From Eledone cirrhosa (taxonomy: Eukaryota), in contig OZ024748.1 in the NCBI GenBank assembly GCA_964016885.1, positions 5,146,001 to 5,210,000 of the forward strand: a stretch of 64,000 nt of DNA, given 5' to 3'. Under the pieces are notes generated by a model, which was not told the origin of the DNA, ran no database searches, and was given only the letters and a program-made list of their open reading frames with translations. This document shows positions 1-13,415 of this stretch, one piece after another. The translations under genes were made by a program, and so were the position numbers. Positions within the stretch are counted from its first letter, which is position 1. Every line of letters starts with the position of its first letter.

Positions 1-809
1 AAACACAATTATTATCTAATTATAAAGAAAATATAGTTTGAGGCATCAATAAAAGAAAGTTAATACGTTTTTGTCATCAAGGAAAATATAAACATCAAGA
101 AAAACACACACCATTCTTGTCATTATTATCTAAAACTAGACTTTTTAACTATCAACAAATGTAACAGACAGAAACATCAACATATTTGAAGAAGTCTCTT
201 GGTAAATAGATATACACATTGTGAATATAAGTAAGCAACTGATGATGATTATTTTACCAACGAAAATATGAACAATATTTAGTAGAATTATGTTAAAACT
301 GACACCAACAAATATTAGAAGCTTAACTAAAAAATAGAACATACACAGACACATTAACATATTTGAGGAAGACTCTAGTTAACACAAAGAACACAATCAT
401 TTATAATAATACACCATGTGTATTTGTAAATTTGTGTACATCTCCAAACATAACCCTTTATAATTTTCACCCACACACACCGCATTTCCTATATCAGGTA
501 TGTCATTATAATAAGGACCTACGTTCTAACTCGACATTTGTCCAATTGCGTGGAATTTTGTAGACGGAAACTGTTTAGAAGCCCGTCGGTTGGTCTCTAA
601 CTAGAGTGCAAACGTCCATCTTTGTTACATAGTATCACGCAGAATCTGCTCGGGAATTATAGGTAGAGTACAGCAGACGGGCTTCCAAACATTCCCGTCT
701 ACACATTTCCATACAGAAGACGTCGACCCGAAGCTATCATACAAGATAGGTGTCGAAGATTAAACTCAGTGGGACTGAACCCAGAGTCACTATATTTTGA
801 AGCGACATT

Positions 810-990
810 ATTGGCAGTATCGGTAGAGGGTCTGACGCCATGCTTTGCAGCAAAGAGTTACGGCCCTTTACGGTCTGAGTTCAAATCCCGCCGAGGTTAA
901 CTTTGCCTTTCGTCCTTACAGGGTCGATAAAATAAAGTACCAGTAATACATTGGGATAATTGCTGGCCTTGTGCCAAAAGTAGAAACAAT
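810..990 (+). mobile_element. tRNA-derived SINE, family 1 (short variant)
   Basis: A-box-like TGGCAGTATCGG, B-box GAGTTCAAATCC, core ccgaggttaactttgcctttc..gggtcgataaaataaagtaccag and tail gccttgtgccaaaagtagaaacaa. Near-identical copies recur more than 10 times in the window. Confidence 0.85.
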
Positions 991-1618
991 GATTAAACAA
1001 TTGTGGGTTGGCTGTGTCCTAAAAACTCACATATAGACACAAGAAAAAAAAAAACGAAAAACGGAATGATTAAAAATAGACCTGATAGCAACTATTTTGT
1101 TCTTTAAAGAAAAATAACTTTACAAACTAATGTTTGTATCATTTAACCAGAAATATGTAGAACTCCAAAATCTCAGTTTCAAAATATCTATTAAGCACCC
1201 ATTTCTAAGTTATTTCACTCAGCAAACAAACGTATTCTTCAGCGAGCGAAGGCGGAGCTGGTGAGATGTAGATAAACAAACAACAACAGCAACAACAATA
1301 TAAACAACAGCTACATTACACATTACTGATATGATATTGTATTACTAAACAGCAACATTTTATATCATATCAGTTGTATCAACACCCGAGTACACCCTTT
1401 ATCAAGTCAGACGGGGGTTAACTTATATCACTTATCTTGACCCCCCTTTAGACCCATTATAATCTGTACAGCCTCCACTATCACCACTATTTAAACCACT
1501 ACCAATACTACAAACACTACTATCACCACATCACTACTAGCACCACCAATACCAACAGAACTATTATCACCTTCACTTTCACCAAAAGATCAACACTACT
1601 TCCACTTCAAAACTACTA

Positions 1619-1678
<60 letters not shown>

Positions 1679-1836
1679 TGGATTGAATAGGAAACATGTA
1701 CTTTTAGTGATTCAATAAATTCTATATATCAGTATCCAACGGTCGAACACATCCTTGTAACACACATTTTAGGTTGTTAAACACATCATTTTATAAGAGA
1801 GTATTGAAGTTTGCTTGAAGCATTGTGGAATAATAG

Positions 1837-2053
1837 GTAAATATCTTTAAGTGGTTTGGAAGCCTCGACAATGCAAATGGGTAAATCTCCGGGTAACAAG
1901 ATCCGGTGGTGGAGAGAGAGATGTAAGTGGGTGTACGTTGAGATCACGCATCTCAACACCCACTTACATCTCTCTCTCCACCACCGGATCTTGTTACCCG
2001 GAGATTTACCCATTTGCATTGTCGAGGCTTCCAAACGACTTAAAGATATTTAC
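1837..2053. repeat. near-perfect palindrome with 97-bp arms
   Basis: 1837-1933 is the reverse complement of 1957-2053 with one mismatch. This explains the mirror-image ORFs 1856+ and 2034-. Confidence 0.95.
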
Positions 2054-2115
<62 letters not shown>

Positions 2116-2431
2116 GCGTGTGTGTGTGATTGTGAGAGAGAGTTTGTGTGTGTCTGTATATGCTTACATATGTGTATTGATTTGTATATATATCATATAT
2201 ATATATATATATATATAATATATATATATACACATTACTATATACTATATATATATATATATATATAGTAAAAATAAAAATTTGAAGACTAAAATCCAAC
2301 GAGGGCTCGATAAGGATAAATATATATCAAATATATAAGAACCGTAGAGCAAATATTTATTAAAATAACAGATTAAAGTTTAACCAAAGAATCGCTGCTT
2401 TGCGATTCTTTGCTTAAACTTTAATCTGTTA

Positions 2432-2492
<61 letters not shown>

Positions 2493-2496
<4 letters not shown>

Positions 2497-3117
2497 ATGA
2501 GAATAAAGAAGAATACTGCGCGGGTGCACATAGGTTACATATGATAAAAATAGTCTTTCGTCAGTGATTTTCCAACCATCATTGGTATTTCAACGCATTA
2601 AAAATCATATACCTCAGGTTAGTGCGAGCAATAACTAAAAAAAGGTATTGGGACCAGTAAATCGCGTAAAGCGAGGGGGACAAGTGAACAACATAGAAGG
2701 ATAAAAGCAAACCAAAGAAAGGAAATAAACAAGCAACATGGTAGTCCTGGTCAGCATAAGCTGGGTGGATATCATGAGCGAGGGATACAGACACGTCCAG
2801 TGTGAGTGGGATGCAAGCAAGAAGAGACCCACTGTTAGCCAAACGGGAGGAAGTGAGAAGGGGAGAAACAGAGAGTGAGTGAGTGGAAGTGCGAGGAAGC
2901 GGTCAGTCGAGAGAAAGTGTAACTGACAGAGGGGGCGAAATAAGGTGAGGGAAACAGAGAGAACGGGGAAGCAGTAAGAGAGAAACAGACAAACGCAGCC
3001 GAGGTGAATATATATAAAAAAAAACATGAGAAGAAAGAAGAATACTGCGTGGTTGCACATAGGTTACATATGATAAAAATAGTCCTTCGTCAGTGATTTT
3101 CCAACCATCATTGGTAT
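2493..3117 (-). mobile_element. small element bounded by 96-bp direct repeats (pLTR/retrozyme-like)
   Basis: 2493-2588 and 3022-3117 are near-identical direct repeats, each containing CTGACGA on the minus strand. A homologous copy lies at about 35390-35570(+). Flanked by (TA)n. Confidence 0.6.
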
Positions 3118-3252
3118 ATATATGACCGTCCCCAAGTATATATATATATATATATTTTGTTATACTTGGGGAGGGTCATATTTGTCTAATAATATTTCAT
3201 ATCAGAAACCTCGCAAAACTAATTCATCGCCGTTATATATATATTTATAAGC

Positions 3253-3438
3253 GCGGTGAATTGGCAGTATCGGTAGAGGGTCGGACGCTATGCTTTTTAG
3301 CATAGTTACGTCCCTTTACAGTCTGAGTTCAAATCCCGTCGAGGTTGACTTTGCCTTTCATCCTTACGGGGTCGATAAAATAAAGTACCAGTAATGCACT
3401 GGATAATTGCTGGCCTTGTGCCTAAAGTAGAAACAGTT
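3253..3438 (+). mobile_element. SINE family 1
   Basis: Full-length match to the 810-990 copy, followed by (TA)n. Confidence 0.85.
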
Positions 3439-3624
3439 ATATATATATATGTATATGTATATATATATGTATATATATATATACATAAGTAAAGATTATG
3501 GAAGAAATAAGGAATATCCAAGAGGAATAGAAGACCGAGAATATCTGTGTTATGTTAGAAAATAACTGGACGATGAAATTGTTGGAATTGGTAGAACTGG
3601 CGTCACTAAGTTGTTTAGTTGGTT

Positions 3625-3812
3625 ACTTAGTTGTGGTGGTGGTGGTGGTGGTGTAAGTGGCTGTGGTGGTGGTTGGTGGTGGTGGTGGTGTTGGTGGTGG
3701 TGTTGTTGTTGTTGTTGGTGGTGGTGGTGTAAGTGGCTGTGGTGGTTGTGGTGTTGGTGGTGGTGGTGGTGTTGGTATTCGTGCTAGTAGTAGTAGTAGT
3801 AGTGGGGGTGGG

Positions 3813-3843
<31 letters not shown>

Positions 3844-3930
3844 GCAGCAGCAATAGCAGCAGTAGTAGTAGTAGTGGGTGGGGGTGGGGGAGTTATAGTA
3901 GTAGTAGTAGTAGTTATAGTAGTAGTAGTA
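3625..3930. repeat. (GGT)n/(TAG)n trinucleotide microsatellite
   Basis: Directly visible in the sequence. Confidence 0.9.
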
Positions 3931-4094
3931 CATTGTCTGCCCCCAAAAGACCCTAAATTATGTTGAAATTAAGATGTATGAATATGTAGTGTCTAACATA
4001 TTCCTTGACCTGCCAAAACCAGCAGCCAATTCTCTCTCAAATGACACTATATAGTCTTAACAAAAGAAAATGGAACATGTCTGGCCTATTTGCA

Positions 4095-4760
4095 CCCATG
4101 ATCATTAGGTCGTGAGTTCAATTCCAAGACCAGACTTCATCTTGCGTTCTTAAGCAGGACACTTCGTTTCGCGTTGCGTTTTATGCAAGAAACGGGTTCC
4201 TTAATTGAAAAATAAAAAAAGACACCTCCTATAAAATTCAACCTGCATAGATGTGAGCCGTAACAACATGATAGGATTGGGGCCTCTGTTAATAATCAAT
4301 CTGAGGTATGGACTATGACATGAGTCCTCGTATAAGGCTAGATAATCTTGAATACATATGAGTTGGTGTAACATAATAGGACTGAGACACCTTTCATGAA
4401 AACCCTAAAAAAAATCAATGAAGTGCATCCCCGTAAGAGCCAAAAAAAACCTGCATATGTGTGACCTGTTTCAATATGATATACCTGGAGCCTCTATCAT
4501 TCTAAAACTTATGAAAACCCCTATGAGATAATTCTAGAAGGACTCCAGTTTAAACCTACATAGGTGCGAGCTGTATCAGTATAATAGGATTGGAGCCCCT
4601 ATCATTCTAAAACCTATGAAATCCCTTAAGAAGATAAACCTCCAAGGAAGCCAGTTAAACCTGCATAGGTGTTAGCTGTATCAACATTATAGGACAGGAG
4701 CCCCTAGCAATCAAACACACAAGAAAGCTCCCAAAACACAACCTCGTAGATGTGAGAGGT
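4095..4760 (+). mobile_element. SINE family 2 fragment followed by a degenerate ~105-120-bp tandem unit
   Basis: B-box GAGTTCAATTCC, then several copies of aaacctgcataggtgtgagctgt...ataggattggagcccctatcatt. The same unit follows the SINE head at 14370-14472. Confidence 0.6.
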
Positions 4761-5733
4761 AGATTATTTTTAAACCGGAAGGAATCATTTCATAATGTCG
4801 TCTGTGTAGTTACTTCATCTGATAAATCTACCAGAAAATTCCTTCCGAAATCTCAACAAATAGTTTTTAAAACAAGAGTGAATAATTCTTTAGAATATGT
4901 GCTCCATAGACGATGAGATTTCTGGAACTCGAGAGGGACGAGATTTTCATGTATGTATTGTCTTTAATAATAGGTCTGTCTCACAAGGGTGACCCAGGAC
5001 TCAACAACAACAACTATAACGAGCTGTTGTTGCCTTAGATAACACTAAATATATGGGATAAAAATGACGAGAATGCTTTTCATCATAAAATTTACTTGAG
5101 GAAAATTTAAATACTATGTCTAGCAGATTGAAAGCTTTACGTAACGTCACCGAAGACTTCGTCATAGAATTCAGCTTTGGAATATTCGAAATATTGAAAA
5201 CGAAGTAATTACTGGTTGAATTCGAACTCCGAACCTAGAGAGATGTACCAAGATACACTAGGGCATTTAGTACAATACACCACAATTTTAGTTATGGCAC
5301 ATTCTTGGCAATGTCATCTGTAAATTCCTCCCCCGCCATTTCTTTAACTGCACTCAGATCTCTGCTAAGGTAACACATGATATATTGGTCTGTCTGATGG
5401 AATATGATAGAGGTAATCTTGAAACTCACACACACACACACAATTTGATGTAAATTGTTTGGCAGAGGTGTTACAGACACACACCATTTGTTTCTGCGTT
5501 CTGAGTTCAATTCCTGTCGAGGTCGACTTTGTATATCACCCTCTCGGTGATGTATGTTTATATAATTTTCTTTTATTTTCGAAGAATTCTATATATTTCT
5601 TGCTATATTTATAGAGTCGCATGTTGTTTGGTGTAAACATTTTCATAACTCCGTGGTTTCTTGCGGCATCTTGGCAAGGGTGGACCCCTTTCCGTGTATC
5701 GAACATGGTCGAAGGTTTTATCTTTCGTAAATT

Positions 5734-5812
<79 letters not shown>

Positions 5813-5813
5813 C

Positions 5814-5846
<33 letters not shown>

Positions 5847-5892
5847 TAGGTGCGTAACTAATTTGCATTATATATATATATATAGAGAGAGA

Positions 5893-6154
<262 letters not shown>

Positions 6155-6474
6155 ATGTAGGTCTGTGGGTTTGTTTAAGATCATATATTTGTCGTACAAT
6201 TGTAAGACAAATGGGAAAATTATTTTAAATATCTTTATCTTGGTTTTTTCTACATTATTAATTAATGTTCCCTGCACATCTGCCCCTCCAAGAGACATAC
6301 ACTTTGTTTACTTAAAGTTTAAATACTCTACGGGTTACACCTGTGATATATCGATTCATTTTTTTTATTTATATATTCATTTTTTTTTATATTCATACGT
6401 TTGACATTTCGGATTGTGGAACGTCATTTGTGCTTCATATACTGTTGTCACAACTTTCTTGGCCAGAAAGAGGA

Positions 6475-6564
6475 TTTGCTGAGGAACTTGCGAATCCAGA
6501 GACAGGTTCGATCCATAAACAAATCGCATCAAGAGCTGTTCGCCGGAGAAACAATTGTAGTACG
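6475..6564 (+). ncRNA. type I hammerhead-like motif (family C), palindromic minimal stem III
   Basis: CTGAGGA at 6479-6485, a long stem II region, then GAAAC-AATT-GTA at 6548-6559 (ACAATTGT palindrome). Homologous to 45146-45237. Stem I is degraded in this copy. Confidence 0.55.
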
Positions 6565-6744
6565 TAATAAATTATGTTCCGATGCATCATTCTTCGCCTT
6601 CCACATATATATATATATATATATATATGCAATGCCCTGCTTATATATACACAAGTAGGACATTGCATTGCTTAGCGGGTGGTTGAAGGGGAAGTTAGAT
6701 GCTTTTGTTCATTCGTCCCACGTCTTTTTCGTTTTATTTTTTTC

Positions 6745-6815
<71 letters not shown>

Positions 6816-7246
6816 GTGTGTGTGTGTGTGTGTGTGTGCGTGCGTGCGTGCGAGTGTGTATGTGTGTGTGTGTATATATATATATATATGAGGAAATATG
6901 AAGAATACAGAAAAACACATTTAAACAGCCACCGATAGATAGGTTTTAGATTCAATGAAGTGTAATACACTAGCAAACATCCGTTAAGTTTTTATGTTTC
7001 ATGGTTAAATAAGCACACAAAAATAGCTATCCTGAAGGGAACACATTTTATATTGGGTATTGACAAAGGGAACATTTTGGTTAAATAGGTGTTCGATTTG
7101 AAAGTTATATATATACCATATATATATAATGAGAGAGAGAGAGAGAGAGATATAGATAGATATGTATGAATGTAAATAGTTCGTCAATACGATATGAGTT
7201 GCATAAATATTTTGGATCGGGATGAATGGGTGTAATATGTACGTAT

Positions 7247-7327
<81 letters not shown>

Positions 7328-7955
7328 GGTGTTGTATTTGGAGGTGGAGTAGAAGGAAAAAGGGAGAAGTGAGATGGGGGTGTAGGTTTTTTATAAGCAT
7401 AAGGGCTTGCACATAGAATGTATAGAACTCACAATAGTAAGAACCGAAACAAATACTATTTAGAAATTCTCCGATGTCCTCACGACTCTTAAATAAATAA
7501 TAATAATGATTTTAATAATATGAAAATGACAATAGAAAATGATATTAGAGGAGATAAATATGGAATTATTTTATAAAAGGTATTAACACAAGATGCTTTA
7601 TTTTAAAGAGATAATACTTATTATAAAACTAATTTTATCTATAAAATGACAATTATAATCTTATATCTATCATAGATATTGAAGGAGCCGTATTCCCTGC
7701 TCTCTACTCATACACACGTGCAGATCTACACATCTAGGCATACACACAAACACACACACGCACACACGCACACACACACAATATGTATATATAATTATAT
7801 ATATATATACGCGCGTAAATGAAATTTAAAATGGCCGCCATCATGTCTACATGTCTAGTTAATTAGTTTATTGTTAAATATATGACTCAATAGATAGAGA
7901 CATTTACAGATAAACAGATAAAACACACACACACAATATATATATATATATATTT

Positions 7956-8033
<78 letters not shown>

Positions 8034-8039
8034 GCTGTA

Positions 8040-8200
8040 TAACGGGATAGACCCAGTTTTAAACTAGTTAAATACACGAAAGAGTGCTCGATACTTGCCA
8101 CGACCCTGACGAAAGGGCCAGTCATCAAGGAACCCTTTCGGCTAACAGTCTGGAACTAGCTGTTGAAACGGCAAGAGCTCAGCCGTCGACCCAGACTCTA
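8040..8200 (+). mobile_element. Penelope-like terminal remnant with hammerhead-like motif (family A variant)
   Basis: cgaccCTGACGA...GAAACGGC-aagagctca-GCCGTC. An inverted GTATCGAGCAC tail lies upstream. The 3' half is homologous to 34655-34708. Confidence 0.5.
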
Positions 8201-8201
8201 C

Positions 8202-8302
<101 letters not shown>

Positions 8303-9219
8303 ACATATATAAAGAGAGAGAGAGTGAAAGAATCAGAGAATGAGAGAGAGTGAACATACGTACGACTCTCTCTCTATCTAGCTATCTCTATCTCCTTGTG
8401 TCTGTAATTTGACAAACTTAATGAGGGTTAATTTGAAAGTCTGAACTACATCAAAACACCAACATAACAGTATAAATTGTTGAGATAGAATCATAGATAG
8501 ATAAATAGATTTATAGATAAACAAATAGATAGACAGACAGACAGATGAACGGACAGAAAGACCGATAGATAGGTAGATAGATAGATAGATAGATAGTGAT
8601 GGTGAGACAAAGATGAGATGTAGAAGATTTACTGTATTAGGTTGTCCAAACTGGAGAATGAAGAATAGGACAATATACACCCCACCACACTGCCCACCCA
8701 ACCCCCTTCCAGTACCCACCCCACTAATTTAGAGTTAATGAGATTGTGTAATGTAATTTAGTAAATGGTTTTGTTTTTCTTGCTAAGGTTGTTGATTTTC
8801 CAATATTATTTTATTTAAAAAATTATCTTTCCTATTTATTTAATACCACAAACAACATTATCATGATCACAATCAATAACAACATTAACACCACCATCAT
8901 CACCATCGCAACGACCACCATCGCAACGACCACCATCACCACGTCATCAGGCTGCAGCCGTCATATTACCTAAGTTCAATATAATTCTCAAGCGATGCTC
9001 TAACATAAAGAAACAAAATAACTTCAAATAGACATAAAGTAAAACCAATAACGATTTCTAGAAAGCTAGACACCAAAACACTCCTGGTATATCAACAAAC
9101 CAACTTAACCTCAACAAAACTTACGAGGTTAAAGCACGTCATCAGGCTACAGCCGTCGCTTTACGTAGTTACTATATACCTTTCTGCAGATATTCGTACG
9201 TATATATAAGTAGGTATGT

Positions 9220-9570
9220 ATAAATATTTAATATAGAAAAGTTTCTACAGGACTAGAAGTGTTTCATTCGTGAGAAATCATCAGGAAGCTGACTGTCCAA
9301 GTAATATGGTGGTATTTATATATTTTCTGGTGGTAGGAGAGGGTGGTGATAGGGATGGGTGGAGGTCATTGGTTGATGGGTTTAAAGAAAAGGGAATCCT
9401 TTAAAAGCGATATTTAACCTCATACTGGAGGTGCCACTCCTTATTTTTAAGGTTCACGAATCAAACAGTTCTAGTCCTGCAGAAGCTTTTCTATATTAAA
9501 TATTTATACTCTGCTTTGTATTGAGTACCTTACTTACTGTGGTTACCCCCGATTGAACCCGGGATAAATT
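9220..9570. mobile_element. Penelope-like remnant, family B, with inverted hammerhead-bearing ends
   Basis: About 9220-9275 is inverted relative to about 9454-9507. The tail gtattgagtacc...cccccgattgaacccgg is at 9518-9562. Confidence 0.65.
9240..9290 (-). ncRNA. type I hammerhead-like motif (family B)
   Basis: Minus strand reads agcttc-CTGATGA-t-ttc-tcac-gaa-t-GAAA-ca..tg-TA-gaaact. Stem I pairs 5 of 6 bp and the NUH triplet is GUA. Confidence 0.65.
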
Positions 9571-9909
9571 TATAAGTAGGTATGTATGTGTGTATGTTTG
9601 ATCCTTTCTGTGCCTCTGTGTCTTCAGATTTTGGTGAAGTAACATTAACCATCCACTATACAAACGCACCAGTGAATTCCATTCTCAATTTCTTCAGGGA
9701 GACAATGTCAAAAAGGTTACTTTAACCTCTGACCTGGTCACGGATCACTAACCTCTAGCTACAATCAGTCTCTCACTCAGTCTTCTTCTCTTTCTCTCTC
9801 TCTAGGTAAATTTCTCTCTACCTGTGTGTGTGTGTACCATGTATATGAATACAAGTATGTACGTGTAACATTGTATATTTGTATAAATACATACAAATGT
9901 GTGTGTGTG

Positions 9910-10043
<134 letters not shown>

Positions 10044-10974
10044 TCTGTGTGTCTGTGTGTGTGTGTTTGTGTGTGTGTGTCTATACATAAAATGAGGTCT
10101 AGAAGCTAACTTGAATATAATATAATTATTACAGTTATCACATAACTATCAAATTGAAATTTGAATTCTCCGAATCTGTCTAGGCAAATAAACAACAGGC
10201 TACCCCTCCACACAGTCATATATATATATATATATACCCACATATATACATATATATATATATGTAGATATATATATGTATATATGTATGTTATATGTAT
10301 ATATATATCAGAGAGAGACAGAGGGATAGGTGTGACAATTTATCACACATCACTCGACTGGATACGAAAAATACGATTTGTGTGTGTTTGTTTGTTTATG
10401 TACAACAGGCTCCCATCCGAAACATTTCATAGACAAACACTCAAGGAAGCATAATACAATATTTCTATTCTATTCTGTTGTACCCTGTTTTCATTTATTC
10501 TATACCATAATATCATCTCAGAGTATATGATCCTAAATTATATTATACTTTCTATTATATTGTAAGCTATAATTGTGTGGTATAATGATATATTGCATTG
10601 TATAATATAATATTATATTAAAAGATATTGTATTATACAGTATAACCTGACAAAAACTGAAAAAGTAAGTTAAATCTTATCTGACCTAAAGTAACCTTAT
10701 ATGCAGTCTGATCATTTTATATAAATATATATTTCATAACCTTTCCAAAACCAAATGAACACATGCGTATAACTATATACACATACACACAAACACAAAG
10801 CAAACATAACTATAAATACTTACACAAGTGTGTGAAGATATACACACAAATACGAAGAGACACAATCACAATTGCACACAAACATATATATATATATATA
10901 TAAGTACAGCATAGACATATACACATAGTCCTATGTATTCAGAGAAGTTATTCACCTCAGACTACTGTACAGAA

Positions 10975-11018
<44 letters not shown>

Positions 11019-11174
11019 CTGTGTTTTATTTATCATTTATTTTAACGTTATATAAATATTAATGATATTATGCCGATATAAAGATTATGAATATAAATAT
11101 TATTCAATTTGTAAATAAAATTTAATGATTTATCTGCAACCCATACACACATTATATCTATATATATATTTTTT

Positions 11175-11602
<428 letters not shown>

Positions 11603-12001
11603 GCGTGTATATATATATGTATGTATATATATGTATATATATATGAGAAACGGGGAAAACAACTCAGTAAGTAATACTGTACAATGAAGATAGATATTAA
11701 GTTAAAGTTTGACATCTACGATGGAGTATACGCACAACGTTGAACGCTTTAGTTATTGCATCATGATCTTCTAATCGAAATGACTAGATCTACCCCATTG
11801 TTTAAGCCTTCCAACATAAATGCTACACACACACACTATATATATATATATGTGTATGTGTGTGTGGGTGTGTGTGTGTGTAAATGTATGTGTGTGTGTT
11901 GTTTACTGGCCGAGACAGTTTCGAAGCATTCAAATTTCAATTTGATAGTTATGTGATAACTTCGACAATGAAATTATATTCAAATTAGCTTACAGACCTC
12001 A

Positions 12002-12085
<84 letters not shown>

Positions 12086-12347
12086 CACCTAAACGCACTG
12101 ATACTTTGAATTAAATTATATTTTCTTAACACCAGGATGTCTATGAATAATAATGGCTGAATTATCTGTGAGACGGTTTACTGATTATCACACAATACAA
12201 CAGCCACATATGTGCGTGTGTGTATGTGTCTGTGTGTATATGTGTGTGTGTGTGTGTGTGCGTATATATATATATGTGTGTGTGTGTATATATATATTTA
12301 TATGTGTGTGTGTATATATAAATATATGTGTGTGTATGTGTGTGTAA

Positions 12348-12390
<43 letters not shown>

Positions 12391-12690
12391 TGTGTGTGTG
12401 TGTGTGTATTTTGTGTATATGTGTTGCCTCTGCTTGTATATCAAAGTCTGTATGTATTGTGTATATACAGCGGTTCTATATGTGTGTATATATAATTTTT
12501 CTCTGGTTATAGAGCTGTCTGTGTGTATATAGTTTTCTGGTTATATATAAGTGTGTATATGTTGCGTATATATTGATTCTATTCTCATCCAACATATTGA
12601 GTATCTGACTAAAATCCAGGTTACTTATATACACACACACACACAGCTATATGTGTGTATGTTTATGTGTGTTCGTCTGTATATGTTTGT

Positions 12691-12777
<87 letters not shown>

Positions 12778-12789
12778 CGCGCGTGTGTG

Positions 12790-12965
12790 AGTACCGGGTT
12801 CGTTCGGGGGTAACAACATTATGTAATGTACTGAATACATTAGTAGAGTGTAAAGATTTACAGGACTAGGACTGTTTCATTCAAAAGAAATCATCAGGAA
12901 AACCCTGATGATTTCTTTCGAATTCGAATGAAACAGTTCTAGTCTTGTAGAATCCATTTCTACAT
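12790..12965. mobile_element. family B remnant with a back-to-back pair of hammerhead-like motifs
   Basis: Minus-strand core TCATCAG at 12891-12897. Plus-strand CTGATGA at 12905-12911 with GAAAC at 12930-12934 and GTA at 12947-12949. Inverted tail at 12790-12840. Confidence 0.65.
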
Positions 12966-13415
12966 TAAATCTTATATTTGTGTCTGTGTGTTTCACGTTT
13001 CTAGCTACTGTAATGCTTTATTTGATTATCACTGCAATAATAAATAATCCTGAAACTCTATAGGTAATGAAGACAACCACAAGGATATAGTCCGGACGTG
13101 GAAGAGCCGAACTCCCACTGTCATCGCCTCCATCTCTGTCGCCCTCCCTATCTCTCTGTATGGTGAGGAAATGTGGTACCCCGTGCTGGCCTCCAAACAC
13201 CATCGGCGGACAGAATGGACAAGGCGTTTCCCCGGTGGATGGTTACTATTTGTACCATGTAACCTAGTACAACTTGTTTCATGGTCGGGTGGTCGGTGAC
13301 TAAACCGACTTCCCACCAAACATATACCATATTACTGCCAATGTGTATGCCTGTGTCCGTGTCCGTCTATATATTCATACTTTGTCCGTTTATATTCAGT
13401 ATATTAGCAACGTTA

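Noticed and set aside
1786-2218. Mirror-image ORFs MEASTMQMGK... on both strands
   Set aside because: They are an artefact of the DNA palindrome.
8940-9165. Duplicated cacgtcatcaggct.cagccgtc (CTGATGA on the minus strand)
   Set aside because: No GAAA/NUH half with a compatible stem I could be found, so it was not called a ribozyme.
11781-11801. miR-279-like sequence TGACTAGATCTACCCCATT
   Set aside because: The seed matches, but no complementary arm forms a pre-miRNA hairpin and the 3' part diverges.
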